Of a stretch of 64,000 nucleotides of DNA, positions 29,725 to 39,183 are shown one piece after another. A model generated the notes under the pieces. The model saw only the letters and a program-made list of their open reading frames with translations. It ran no database searches and was not told the origin of the DNA. The translations under genes were made by a program, and so were the position numbers. This stretch comes from Patescibacteria group bacterium (lineage in GTDB: Bacteria; Patescibacteriota; Patescibacteriia; JAHJFT01): NCBI GenBank assembly GCA_028710985.1, contig JAQTTB010000001.1:231397-295396 (forward strand). The letters run 5' to 3'. How positions within the stretch are numbered: position 1 is the stretch's first letter; the number at the start of each line of letters is the position of its first letter.

Positions 29725-29841
29725 GTAGGGGCGGACCCCTGTGTCCGCCCCGTCACGGTTGGCTGGGGGCTGGCATAATCCTTATCCGGGCAGACACGGG
29801 GCATAATCCTTATCCGGGCAGACACGGGGGTCTGCCCCTAC
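29725..29841. repeat. GTAG-type REP inverted doublet (REPIN-like) with internal 28-bp tandem duplication
   Basis: GTAGGGGCGGACCCCTGTGTCCGCCC ... GGGCAGACACGGGGGTCTGCCCCTAC; GGCATAATCCTTATCCGGGCAGACACGG occurs twice. Confidence 0.8.
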
Positions 29842-30002
29842 CCGCTTCGCTCTAACGGTGCCACCCTTGACAAAGCCGCCAATTTTTGGCATGATTAAGC
29901 CACTAAAAAGACGAAAAATGCGTTTTCCCGAAAAGAGGCGCATTTTTGCGTAAAAGTCGGTCTTTTTACCAAAAAGCGCTTAATTAACCTAAACCATTGC
30001 CC

Positions 30003-30302
30003 ATGATTCTCTTTTTCATCGGTTTCCTGGAAATGATTATCGCCACTGCCTGGACCCGCGTGGTCACCAAGGCGCAAATCATGGCAAGCGGGTTTGTCAC
30101 CCTGGTCAATATCTTTATCTGGTACTACGTGCTCCAGCGCATAATTTCCGATATCAGCAACACCCAGCTGATTGTTATCTACGCGCTCGGATGCGCCATC
30201 GGCACCATGTTCTGCACCGCGTATTTTCATTATTTTGACAAAATATGCCGGCGCAAAAATAAAGTACGGTCAGCCCAGCCCGTTCTTCAGGAGAATAAAT
30301 AA
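30003..30302 (+). CDS. small membrane protein
   Basis: 3 TM segments; YALGCAIGT motif. Confidence 0.65.
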   Translation: MILFFIGFLEMIIATAWTRVVTKAQIMASGFVTLVNIFIWYYVLQRIISDISNTQLIVIYALGCAIGTMFCTAYFHYFDKICRRKNKVRSAQPVLQENK

Positions 30303-30401
30303 TATGGCACAAGATACAGAGCCCGTCCCCCGTGATTACTAAAAGCATCCTTTATACAAATAGAGGATGCTTTTGTTTTTAAAAAATCCAAATGCTTAAA
30401 T

Positions 30402-30477
30402 CGAGAATCAAGAATTATGAATCAGGAATCAGGGTCTTTTAAAGCGACTTCTCCTGATTCATGATTCCTAATTCGCG
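30402..30477. repeat. inverted pair of GAATCAG/CTGATTC heptamer arrays without cargo
   Basis: CGAGAATCAAGAATTATGAATCAGGAATCAGG ... CCTGATTCATGATTCCTAATTCGCG. Confidence 0.75.
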
Positions 30478-30538
30478 TAAAAAAAGACGCCCGTCAACAG
30501 TGAACCTGTCAACGAGCGTCGGAAGAACAATGAAAGAA

Positions 30539-31954
30539 CTACTCGATCGCCTGAACCCGGACCTTGAGTGCCCGGAGCTCGGCGAGCTTGGCCTCGAGCT
30601 TGGCCCGCCCCTCGTCCGAGAGCGCGGGCGGTGGCTCGACCGGATCAGCTGCCGAAATGATCAGTGTAGACTGAGTCTTGGCAGGCGCGGCGGGAGTGAC
30701 GAGTGCGGACGTCGTTGTCGGCACGGTTGGCGTTTTCGCCACGACCGCGAAACCTTTCCTGGTTCTCAGCTCCTTAAGCTCGGCCTTGGCTTTGGCATAG
30801 CCCACGCCCATGACGCTCATCCCGTAGTTCCAGAACTCGATCGGCGTCCCGGGACGGAGCTTGGCGTCAAGCTTGGCGAGTCGTCCGAGCTCTTCGCGGT
30901 AGTCCAGCCGCGCATTGTTGAGGTAGAGCTCGTCGCGCGCCTTGAGGCACTCTCGGGTCGTGCAGGAAGAGCTAAATGTCATTCCTGGAATCGGGAGCTT
31001 GCAGTCGCAGACGATGTTGCGCATCCCGTCGACGCACTGGTCACAGCGCGTTGAAGGATCCTGCCGCACGACCGGCGACGGCTGGTCTTCGATGCCGATG
31101 CCCCACCTGTCCACGTACCCCTCGACCGCCATCGCGTACTTGTCGTACAAGTCCGCATAAACGATCTGGGTCCGCAGATGATGGTTGTACTGCTTGCCAC
31201 GAAGCAGGCTCTGGCCGAAATTGATGGTTGTTGCAAGGAGCACGAACCCGACAAAGGCAAGCGCGACGCGCCTTGACCACGGGCTCTTGAGCTCCCACCC
31301 AACCGTCGCAAACCCGATGAACAACGCAATGAGCAGTACCACGAGGAAAGCGAACGGATTGGTGTAGACCGGAAACACGCTTGCGTAAATGCCGAGCACT
31401 GCGAGCCAGGCCATGACGCTCATGAGCTGACGCAACAGTTTCCCGGCTTTGGCCTGACCGATCCCGGTCTGCACATGCGTCCAGTCGAAGGTAAACCGCT
31501 CGCTGGAGCAGATGAGCAGCTTATCGCCTTCTCTCGACAGCTTGATGCCGGGGAAAGAAAGCTTGGGGAGCGGGATCTTCTCGATGGCGCCGGCGAGTAT
31601 CACCAGCACCTCCGCGAATATCGCGGTTCTGAACCAGAGGTAGGCGAGCATGGCGGCGAAGCCAAGACTGCCGAACGCGATGATGATCCGGCCCAGATTC
31701 ATGAGCCAGATCACGCCCCAAACGTGACCGAGGTAACCCGTGACCACGCCGAGCGTCCAGAGAATCACGAGCCTCCACACCGTGCGGAAAAGCACGCGAC
31801 GGAGCTCGCGCGCCTCGGCGATGCCGCGCGAAACGAGTTCCACGACAATGGTCTCCACGTCGTCGTGAAGAATCGTGAAGAGAGCGCTCGCATCGGTGAA
31901 GAAGTGTGTTACGAGCTTGGTTATGGATGTCCATATGCTAGAGGACTTTTTCAT
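30539..31954 (-). CDS. orphan multi-TM protein with Cys-rich C-terminal region
   Basis: About 5 TM segments, then CDQC..CDC..SCTTREC; GGAG SD. Confidence 0.7.
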   Translation of the reverse strand: MKKSSSIWTSITKLVTHFFTDASALFTILHDDVETIVVELVSRGIAEARELRRVLFRTVWRLVILWTLGVVTGYLGHVWGVIWLMNLGRIIIAFGSLGFAAMLAYLWFRTAIFAEVLVILAGAIEKIPLPKLSFPGIKLSREGDKLLICSSERFTFDWTHVQTGIGQAKAGKLLRQLMSVMAWLAVLGIYASVFPVYTNPFAFLVVLLIALFIGFATVGWELKSPWSRRVALAFVGFVLLATTINFGQSLLRGKQYNHHLRTQIVYADLYDKYAMAVEGYVDRWGIGIEDQPSPVVRQDPSTRCDQCVDGMRNIVCDCKLPIPGMTFSSSCTTRECLKARDELYLNNARLDYREELGRLAKLDAKLRPGTPIEFWNYGMSVMGVGYAKAKAELKELRTRKGFAVVAKTPTVPTTTSALVTPAAPAKTQSTLIISAADPVEPPPALSDEGRAKLEAKLAELRALKVRVQAIE

Positions 31955-31967
31955 GCCAGACTCCTTT

Positions 31968-33191
31968 CTATATTCCCAGCAGGTTACGGAGAATGCCTAC
32001 GAAGCCACGCCTCGGCGGTGGAGGCGCAAGACGCGCCCTCGCGCGCGCGTAGGCTGCGTAGCAGCCCTCGCTCGCTCGATTTGCTACGTCGCGCAGTGGC
32101 GTGCTCACTCTCTGCTCCAGACCCTCGTCGATCTGCTCCAGACCCGTGGCGATGCCCTCCTCCTTGTCTTCCACGCATTTCTTCGCCCGCTTATACAAAC
32201 CAGAAACGTGTTTCTTGGAGAAGAACTTCTCCTTCTTCGGCTCCGAAAGCTTGATGATCGTACCGAGCGCGAGCACCATCTCCTCGGTTTGTGAATCAAG
32301 AAGCGCCGCGGCTTCCGCGTCCGGATCCACTTCTTCACCGGCCGTGAGCCTCGTAGTTATCTGATTGTGGAGTTCCCGGTACTCGTCGCGCTGGCGCCGA
32401 ATCTTACGCATCAAAAGCCTCAGCTCTGCCGTCCTGGTGATTGCCATCACATACGGCTTGATGCGCTTGGCGCGCCCCGCGTCCAGCTCGGAAAGCCACC
32501 GCTGGAACTCCTCGGCCTCGATCGGATCGACATCCATCAGGACCGTCGCGAGGGTGCCGGTATGTTCCGCACGCGCTTCCTCGTCCTTCGTCGCGAACCA
32601 TCTCCAGCAACAGTCAGCCGGAGAACGACCGGCGATTTCCGCATCCAATCGTTCACCCATAAGCACCTGCGACTGCTGTTGCTGTTTTCCACGCCCTCCG
32701 CGTTGTATCTGTCTCGCGATCGGACACATGGGCTGATGATAATGCAGACCGTTACGATCGAGTGCCACCTCACAGTTGATCCCGTTCATGCGTGCGTTGA
32801 ATGCGTGCTGGAATTTCTTCTCGTCGAATTTACCTTTCCCGTCCTCCCATGGCTCAGTGAGCCCCTCGCCGATTCCGGAGAACAGGGCATCCACGAGCTC
32901 GTTTGCCAGGCGATAACTTGATTCCTTCTTGAACCAGCTTCTCTGAAGCAGAATGTAGCCGCCTAGGCTTCGCACGCCGAGCTCTAAGAAGTTTCGCACT
33001 CCTTCATCCAACTGATCGGTCATGGGCTTGACGTAGGAGTTGTGAATCAAGAGCTTGCCCAGCCGTTCCGCTTGTCTCTCTAAATGCGGCTTTAGCGTCC
33101 TCATGACCGCATTCATATCGTCAGTTGGTGTCGCTCCTGAAACAGAAACCTGAGCCGGATTGGCTACCGACTCTTTCCTACTGTTCGCCAT
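31968..33191 (-). CDS. orphan protein with possible Ada-like metal-binding motif and coiled coil
   Basis: HYHQPMC..AEIAGRSPADCC; SD upstream; likely co-transcribed with 30539-31954. Confidence 0.7.
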   Translation of the reverse strand: MANSRKESVANPAQVSVSGATPTDDMNAVMRTLKPHLERQAERLGKLLIHNSYVKPMTDQLDEGVRNFLELGVRSLGGYILLQRSWFKKESSYRLANELVDALFSGIGEGLTEPWEDGKGKFDEKKFQHAFNARMNGINCEVALDRNGLHYHQPMCPIARQIQRGGRGKQQQQSQVLMGERLDAEIAGRSPADCCWRWFATKDEEARAEHTGTLATVLMDVDPIEAEEFQRWLSELDAGRAKRIKPYVMAITRTAELRLLMRKIRRQRDEYRELHNQITTRLTAGEEVDPDAEAAALLDSQTEEMVLALGTIIKLSEPKKEKFFSKKHVSGLYKRAKKCVEDKEEGIATGLEQIDEGLEQRVSTPLRDVANRASEGCYAAYARARARLAPPPPRRGFVGILRNLLGI

Positions 33192-33393
33192 GTTTCCTAT
33201 CCTCTCTTTCTATTTTTTTCCGCTGTTTAATTGTTAACGAACCTAAGAAAACGCCACCCGAGCGCAACCCAGGTAACAGCGCATTTTAGCACAAAAAATG
33301 CAAAATGTCAAGGCGCGCGGACAAATTTTGCCCGACCCTTGACAAAAACCCAAAAATGCTCTATGATTGAATGTTTTCTGAAGGGAGGAAACC

Positions 33394-33831
33394 ATGAAGG
33401 AACCCCCTACGAATCGCGGCATTATGTTCGTGGAATATTTGGAACACAACAATCCGGCCATTCTTGAGCACATTTTCCGCCCGGCCGACCGCGCCCTGCG
33501 CCAGACGAATCCCACAATTGAGGAGCTGCTTCGCGCCTTCAATCTGATGATTGATTTCATCGACCGGAAAATTCAGCTATTCCCCCGCGTCTCGGATAAG
33601 ATTGCGCGCGCCGTGGCTGACGAAATCGCCAAAACGCCGAACGAGATGCGCAAGCGGGAAGCGGCGCTTGCCTCCACGAGCGACGACCCGGCCGTCAAGG
33701 AATGGGGCGAGCTGGTCATCTGCCAGGAAGTCACCGCTTCGCTCGTCATTACCGAGAACGATAAAGTTCTCGAGGTTCTAAGCAGATTCTTCTGGGGAGT
33801 CTTCGCCTGCCTGCGGCGATCTCCACACTAA
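33394..33831 (+). CDS. hypothetical protein
   Basis: GGAGG SD, TTGACA promoter upstream, terminator downstream. Confidence 0.65.
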   Translation: MKEPPTNRGIMFVEYLEHNNPAILEHIFRPADRALRQTNPTIEELLRAFNLMIDFIDRKIQLFPRVSDKIARAVADEIAKTPNEMRKREAALASTSDDPAVKEWGELVICQEVTASLVITENDKVLEVLSRFFWGVFACLRRSPH

Positions 33832-33886
33832 AAAAGGCACCTGACGCTCTTCCTTGCGCCAGGTGCAACTTTTTTTATTAACTGTT

Positions 33887-34252
33887 TTATGCCGCCGGAC
33901 CTATCGTCTTGCCGTAGCGCGTCAACATTTGACCAACCTGTTTATTCAGAGCGGCCTGAAGCTCATCCGGAGGCACGCCGGTTTTCTTAAGATTTTTGAT
34001 TGATGCAAAAATCTGCTCAAAGGAGTCGCCCCTACCCTCAAAAATTCCGTGCGACTTGATATTCTCAACAATCGCGCGATGCGCCTTGTCCTGCGAAGCT
34101 ACTTTTTCGAACGCGTCAATTACCTCCTGCTGTTCGAGTGTATAATCCCCCTTTTTTGGTTTCCCTTTACTCGCGTCAACCGTCGCGCCCTCCAGCATTT
34201 CGCGCTCGGCCTCCGACAACTTCTCCATTGGTATAGATTTTTCTGGTATCAT
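33887..34252 (-). CDS. hypothetical protein
   Basis: ORF continuing the pgi/pmi operon. Confidence 0.55.
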   Translation of the reverse strand: MIPEKSIPMEKLSEAEREMLEGATVDASKGKPKKGDYTLEQQEVIDAFEKVASQDKAHRAIVENIKSHGIFEGRGDSFEQIFASIKNLKKTGVPPDELQAALNKQVGQMLTRYGKTIGPAA

Positions 34253-34263
34253 ATTATTTATAA

Positions 34264-35298
34264 TTAATTACTCAGTTTTTTCTTAAGAAAATTAACCCAT
34301 GGGATATCCGAAGGATCTTTGCCATTCATGATGCCGAGATAAAAACTCAAATATGCTCCGAGCATCAGCGCCTCGGACGCCTGCGCGAGCTTCGCGGTTT
34401 CGGAAAAACGATAAGTCAGGGTTTTAATCTTATTTCTTTCAATAATCTGCCGCGTGAGCGCGTACCGCCGCTGGACTTGGGGATGATACTTTTTGGATTC
34501 AAAAAATACGAATCTCATATCGCGCTTCGGCCGCTCGGGAAAAGAAAGCCCCTCAAGCAAATGATGGTTGATTTCCGGAATCAGAAAATATGTCGCGAAC
34601 TGCTTTGATGTTTCGTTGATTTGATTTGCCGCGATGTGCATGTTGCCTTCCAAAAATTCCGAACCAATTAAAATCACCTGTTTCCCCTTGAGCTGGCGCG
34701 CCAAATTCTTTGCCGGATTTGTGCCGTTTGCGGCAAACCGCTTTGCCTGCCGAGCAAGCGCGCGGATCATTGCCTCGCCTTCGCTCTCCGAAACGCGCGC
34801 CAGACCGGCGCGCGAGAGAAGCGCGAGTGTCCCGAATATCGCGTATCCAAGCCCGAGCCGCGGCTGGCCGCACGGATTCCACTTCGGCGTAAATTCATAC
34901 ATCGGCCAGGAATATTTTTTTGCCATCTCCGCAAGCACACCGCCTGCGGCAATTACCATAATTTTCGCGCGCTTTGCCCGGGCCTCGCGCGCACACGAAA
35001 TTACTTCTTCGGTCGTGCCCGAATATGAAGATAATAAAACCAAAGTATTTTCATCCACGTAAGCCGGCAGATTATAACTGTTTATAATCTGCATCGGCGC
35101 ATCAATCTTGTCGTAAAAAATTGAACGCACCGCGTGCGGTCCGATTGCCGAACCGCCCATGCCGCAAACCAAAATACGCGAAACCCTCGAATAATTTTTC
35201 GGGATCTTAATCCGCCGCGCTTCGCTCCAGGCCTGAGCCGCCTGTTTGGGAATAAAGCCGATTGAACCAAAAACATCGCGTGAATCAAGTTTTTTCAT
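34264..35298 (-). CDS. bifunctional phosphoglucose/phosphomannose isomerase (SIS)
   Basis: CGMGGSAIG, SSYSGTTEE, QPR, QINETSK, PEINHH. Confidence 0.9.
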   Translation of the reverse strand: MKKLDSRDVFGSIGFIPKQAAQAWSEARRIKIPKNYSRVSRILVCGMGGSAIGPHAVRSIFYDKIDAPMQIINSYNLPAYVDENTLVLLSSYSGTTEEVISCAREARAKRAKIMVIAAGGVLAEMAKKYSWPMYEFTPKWNPCGQPRLGLGYAIFGTLALLSRAGLARVSESEGEAMIRALARQAKRFAANGTNPAKNLARQLKGKQVILIGSEFLEGNMHIAANQINETSKQFATYFLIPEINHHLLEGLSFPERPKRDMRFVFFESKKYHPQVQRRYALTRQIIERNKIKTLTYRFSETAKLAQASEALMLGAYLSFYLGIMNGKDPSDIPWVNFLKKKLSN

Positions 35299-35308
35299 GA
35301 TTTTTACA

Positions 35309-36457
35309 CTAATTTCCATAAATTTTTGATATACCCATTTTATCTTTAATTGCGGCCTCAAGCAAGCCCCGCTCCGAAGCGTCGCCCGCGAGCGCCGCCC
35401 CGCGGATTTTACCGTCTTTTACAAATATTTCTTTCACCGCGTCCGCGCCGGACATCTTCTCAACCACTTCGTCCGCCGCCTCGCGCCGCGTGTCTCCTAA
35501 AAAAACCACCGGCAATCCAAAAATATCCAAAGCGTTCACCGTCACTTCGCAAAATTCTTCGTTCGCGCCGGCCATATTCGCTCCGGCGATCCGGCCCTGG
35601 CGCGCCGCGTTCGCCCAGTTGCCCTGCCGGCGATATTCTTCAGCCGCCGCGTCAAAAAATTTCACCACATCACCGGCCGCATATACGTCCCGGGCACTCG
35701 TCTCCATGCGCTCATTCACCCTGACTCCGTCGTCCGTCTCCACACCCGAACCGGCAAGCCATTCAATATTCGGTTTCATGCCCACGCCCGCGAAAACAAT
35801 ATCCCCTTTTATTTCTTCTCCCGCCGCCTCAAAACTCTTATGCAAAATAATGCCCTGCTCAATAAATTTTTTATTGATTAATTCGCCGGCGACTTTTCCC
35901 AATATCTTTGACCAGTAGTATTCGCCCCGCATATAAAGATGCGTCTCCAGTCCCCTCGCCCGGCAAATCTTAAGAAATGCCTGGCCGATAAATCCGCCGC
36001 CCACAACCGCGGCTCGCCGCGGTTTTATTTCCCGAAAGGCCTGCAGAATTTTTTCCGCATCTTCAAGGTTCCAAAGATAAAAAATATCAGCTCCATTCTC
36101 ACGGGCTGACAGCAAACGAGGCCGCACGCCGGACGCGATTAACAATTTTCCGTATTCAATTTCGTCTCCGGACTCGGTTGTGACAATTTTTTTCTCCGCA
36201 TCAAGCAATTCCGCGCGCGATTCCGTCACGAATATTATTTTCTGTTCATCAAACCATTTTTTATCACGCAAAAACAACTTTTGTTTTTCAATCCCGCCTT
36301 CTAAATATTTTGTAAGTAAAATACGCGAGTAACCCGGCTCTTTCTCGTCACTCAAAACCGCAATTCCGGCATTCGCGTCGCGTTGCCTCAGCTCTTCGGC
36401 CGCGGCCATGCCCGCGGCGCTCGCGCCCACAATTAAATATTCGGCCTGTCTTTTCAT
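35309..36457 (-). CDS. FAD/NAD(P)-dependent oxidoreductase (rubredoxin reductase/NirB-like)
   Basis: IVGASAAG, LLIASG, VVGGGFIG, VYAAGDV. Confidence 0.88.
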   Translation of the reverse strand: MKRQAEYLIVGASAAGMAAAEELRQRDANAGIAVLSDEKEPGYSRILLTKYLEGGIEKQKLFLRDKKWFDEQKIIFVTESRAELLDAEKKIVTTESGDEIEYGKLLIASGVRPRLLSARENGADIFYLWNLEDAEKILQAFREIKPRRAAVVGGGFIGQAFLKICRARGLETHLYMRGEYYWSKILGKVAGELINKKFIEQGIILHKSFEAAGEEIKGDIVFAGVGMKPNIEWLAGSGVETDDGVRVNERMETSARDVYAAGDVVKFFDAAAEEYRRQGNWANAARQGRIAGANMAGANEEFCEVTVNALDIFGLPVVFLGDTRREAADEVVEKMSGADAVKEIFVKDGKIRGAALAGDASERGLLEAAIKDKMGISKIYGN

Positions 36458-36459
36458 AA

Positions 36460-36903
36460 TCAATGATTTTTCCTCTTTTCCCAATCCGCGATCGCCGCCC
36501 GGAGCGCCTGGTCGCCGAGCACTGAGCAGTGAACTTTGATTTGCGGCAGTCCGCCAAGCTGCTTGATAATATCCTCCGGTGTTATTTTTTTCGCTTCATC
36601 CACCGTCATGCCGATGGCCATTTCCGAGAGCGCCGAGGTTGAGGCGATCGCCGAAGCGCATCCGAAAGTGCGCCACTTGCAGTCCGTAATCTTGCGGGTT
36701 ACGGGATCAACCTTTATCCAAACGCGCATCATGTCGCCGCACGCCGGTGACCCGACTTCCCCGATTCCATCGGCCTGATAATTATTTAGCAAATCCTCGG
36801 TCATCACGTTGCGGGGATTAAAAAAATGATCCTTTACTCGTTCGGAGTAAAGCCACACTTCTTCGCCGCGCACGAGATCCGATTTATTATTATTTTTTTT
36901 CAT
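36460..36903 (-). CDS. iscU: Fe-S cluster scaffold IscU/NifU-N
   Basis: DHFFNPRN, GSPACGD, TFGCASAIAS, GGLP..KVHCS. Confidence 0.92.
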   Translation of the reverse strand: MKKNNNKSDLVRGEEVWLYSERVKDHFFNPRNVMTEDLLNNYQADGIGEVGSPACGDMMRVWIKVDPVTRKITDCKWRTFGCASAIASTSALSEMAIGMTVDEAKKITPEDIIKQLGGLPQIKVHCSVLGDQALRAAIADWEKRKNH

Positions 36904-38086
36904 AAATAAACTTAGTTGGTGACATTGATCGTATTTTTTGGACAACCGACGGCAAAATCTTGAGCACATAATCAAGATCCGCCTTTTTTGTCTCCCGGCC
37001 GAGCGTAAAGCGCACCGAAGAATGTGCCACTTCGTGCGGCGCGCCGCAGGCAAGTATCACGTGCGAGGGATCAAGCGACCGCGAAGTGCACGCCGACCCG
37101 GATGAAACCGACACGCCTTTGGCATCAAGGTACAAAATCATCGCCTCCCCCTCGGCGTTCAAGAAAGAAAAATTTATATTGTTTGGCAACCTCTCCGTCG
37201 CATGGCCGTTGAGATAAGCGTCCGGAATTATTTTTAGAACTTTTTTTATAAAATAATCTCTGAGCGCCACGAGCCGCTTATTTTCCCGCGCGCGCCCGGC
37301 CGAAGCAATTTCCAACGCCTTGGCGAGGCCGACGATTGCCGAAACATTTTCCGTGCCCGGGCGGCGACCCGCTTCTTGCCCGCCGCCGAAGGTAAGGGAT
37401 TCAAATTTTGCCCCGGCCCGCGTGTAGAGCAGCCCCGCGCCCTTGGGCCCGTAAACCTTGCTGCCGTTTAATGTTAAAAAATCAACGTGTAATTTTTCCA
37501 CATTTAAATCCACGGCGCCGGCCGCCTGGCACGCATCGGTATGAAAAAGCGGATACCCCGTACCGTGCGCCTTGCGCCATTTTAAAATTCGCTTGCCGAT
37601 TTCCGCGATTGGCTGAATGGTGCCGATTTCATTGTTCGCCGCCATCACGGAAACCAAAATCGTATTTTTGGTAATTAACCTCTCCACTTCGTCCGGATCA
37701 ACGATTCCAAACTTATCAACCCCGGCTTCGGTGACGCGGAAACCTTCTTTTTCGCGGAGATGGTGCATTGGCTCAAGCACGGCATGGTGTTCAATCGCCG
37801 AGGCCACAAGATGGTTGCCGGCCGCCCGGTTCGCCCGCGCCGCGCCCAAAACCGCCATGTTATCCGACTCCGTACCGCCCGAGCAAAAAATAATCTCCCG
37901 GGGGCGGCAATTTAAAAATCCGGCCGCGCTCCGCCGTGCCGCCTCAACTGCATTCTGGGCTTCTTTACCCACGGAATGGAAACTTGAAGGATTGCCAAAA
38001 CGTTCACCCAGATATGGCATCATTTCGGCCATGACACGCCGGTCAAGCCGGGTCGTTGCCGCATTGTCCAAGTATATTTTTTTCAT
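36890..38086 (-). CDS. iscS: cysteine desulfurase
   Basis: YLDNAATT, GNPSS, SGGTESDN, NNEIGTIQP, SSGSACTS. Confidence 0.94.
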   Translation of the reverse strand: MKKIYLDNAATTRLDRRVMAEMMPYLGERFGNPSSFHSVGKEAQNAVEAARRSAAGFLNCRPREIIFCSGGTESDNMAVLGAARANRAAGNHLVASAIEHHAVLEPMHHLREKEGFRVTEAGVDKFGIVDPDEVERLITKNTILVSVMAANNEIGTIQPIAEIGKRILKWRKAHGTGYPLFHTDACQAAGAVDLNVEKLHVDFLTLNGSKVYGPKGAGLLYTRAGAKFESLTFGGGQEAGRRPGTENVSAIVGLAKALEIASAGRARENKRLVALRDYFIKKVLKIIPDAYLNGHATERLPNNINFSFLNAEGEAMILYLDAKGVSVSSGSACTSRSLDPSHVILACGAPHEVAHSSVRFTLGRETKKADLDYVLKILPSVVQKIRSMSPTKFIYEKK

Positions 38087-38140
38087 AATAATAGAATATC
38101 AGAAAACCCTAAAATTTGCTATAATATACGCATCAAACTT

Positions 38141-39121
38141 ATGTCTAAACAAATTACCATCATCGGCTGCGGCAATATGGGCACCGCCATGGCGCAGATG
38201 CTCGCAAAGGGCGGACATCGCGTCGCGATTTGGTGCGTTGAACCCGCCGTTCTTCGGGAAATCGGCAAAAAAAGACAAAATAAGAAATATCTCCCCGACG
38301 TAAAACTTGACCGCAAGATTTGGCCGGCTTCAAGCCTCTCCGCAGCGCAGAGAGGCGCCGACGCCGTTCTCTTGGCCGTCCCATCCCGGGTTGTTTTGGA
38401 CGTTCTTCATCGCGCTCTCCGATCCATCGGCAAAAAAACCTTAATCATTTCTGTCATCAAGGGCCTTGATCCTAAAAGCCTGCGCCCGGTTGCCGAAGAA
38501 ATCCTGCACTTCCTTCCCAAGGATTTAAAAAATAACTTTGTAAGCATGACTGGTCCGGCCATGGCCGGTGAAATCGCCCGCGGATTTCCGACCACCGTGG
38601 AAATCGCATCATTGAGTCCGGCATCCAGCCACGAAGCGAAAAAAATTCTTCAAACTCCGGAATTCAAAGTGCACATTATCCGCGACCTACGCGGCGCCGC
38701 GCTCTGCGCTTCACTCAAAAATGTTTATGCCATCCTTTTCGGCATGGCCGGCGCGCTCGGCCAAGAGCTCAACGCCAAATCCGAACTTTTGAAACAAATT
38801 ATTGAGGAGATGCGCCGCATTCTCCCTCCGCTCGGCGGCAAATCCAAAACCGCCCTCTCGCTCTCCGGTCTAGGCGATCTTCTGGTGACAGTCATGAGTT
38901 CAAAAAGCCGCAACGTCACCTACGGCCGGCTGGCGGTCGGACGGCGGAGAATCCTCTCCCCGGCCGCGCTCGGCATGAAACAAACCGCCGAAGGCTACTT
39001 CGCCGCCCCGCTTTTTGCCAAACTTTTCCGGAAGAAAAAAATCCGCGCCCCGCTCGCGATCCTGGTAAACGACATCCTGCAAAACAAAATCAGCCCGAAA
39101 AAGGGGCTGCAAAAAATATAA
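38141..39121 (+). CDS. gpsA: NAD(P)H-dependent glycerol-3-phosphate dehydrogenase
   Basis: IIGCGNMGTA, IKGL, LKNVYAI, GLGDLLVT..SRN, TAEG. Confidence 0.88.
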   Translation: MSKQITIIGCGNMGTAMAQMLAKGGHRVAIWCVEPAVLREIGKKRQNKKYLPDVKLDRKIWPASSLSAAQRGADAVLLAVPSRVVLDVLHRALRSIGKKTLIISVIKGLDPKSLRPVAEEILHFLPKDLKNNFVSMTGPAMAGEIARGFPTTVEIASLSPASSHEAKKILQTPEFKVHIIRDLRGAALCASLKNVYAILFGMAGALGQELNAKSELLKQIIEEMRRILPPLGGKSKTALSLSGLGDLLVTVMSSKSRNVTYGRLAVGRRRILSPAALGMKQTAEGYFAAPLFAKLFRKKKIRAPLAILVNDILQNKISPKKGLQKI

Positions 39122-39127
39122 TATTTC

Positions 39128-39183
39128 ATGTACGGGGCGCATATATGCGAAATGTACGGGGCGCATATATGCGACCCGTACAT
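39128..39183. repeat. GTACGGG..CCCGTAC palindrome with partial tandem duplication
   Basis: ATGTACGGGGCGCATATATGCGA twice, then CCCGTACAT; same family as 5771-5806. Confidence 0.75.
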
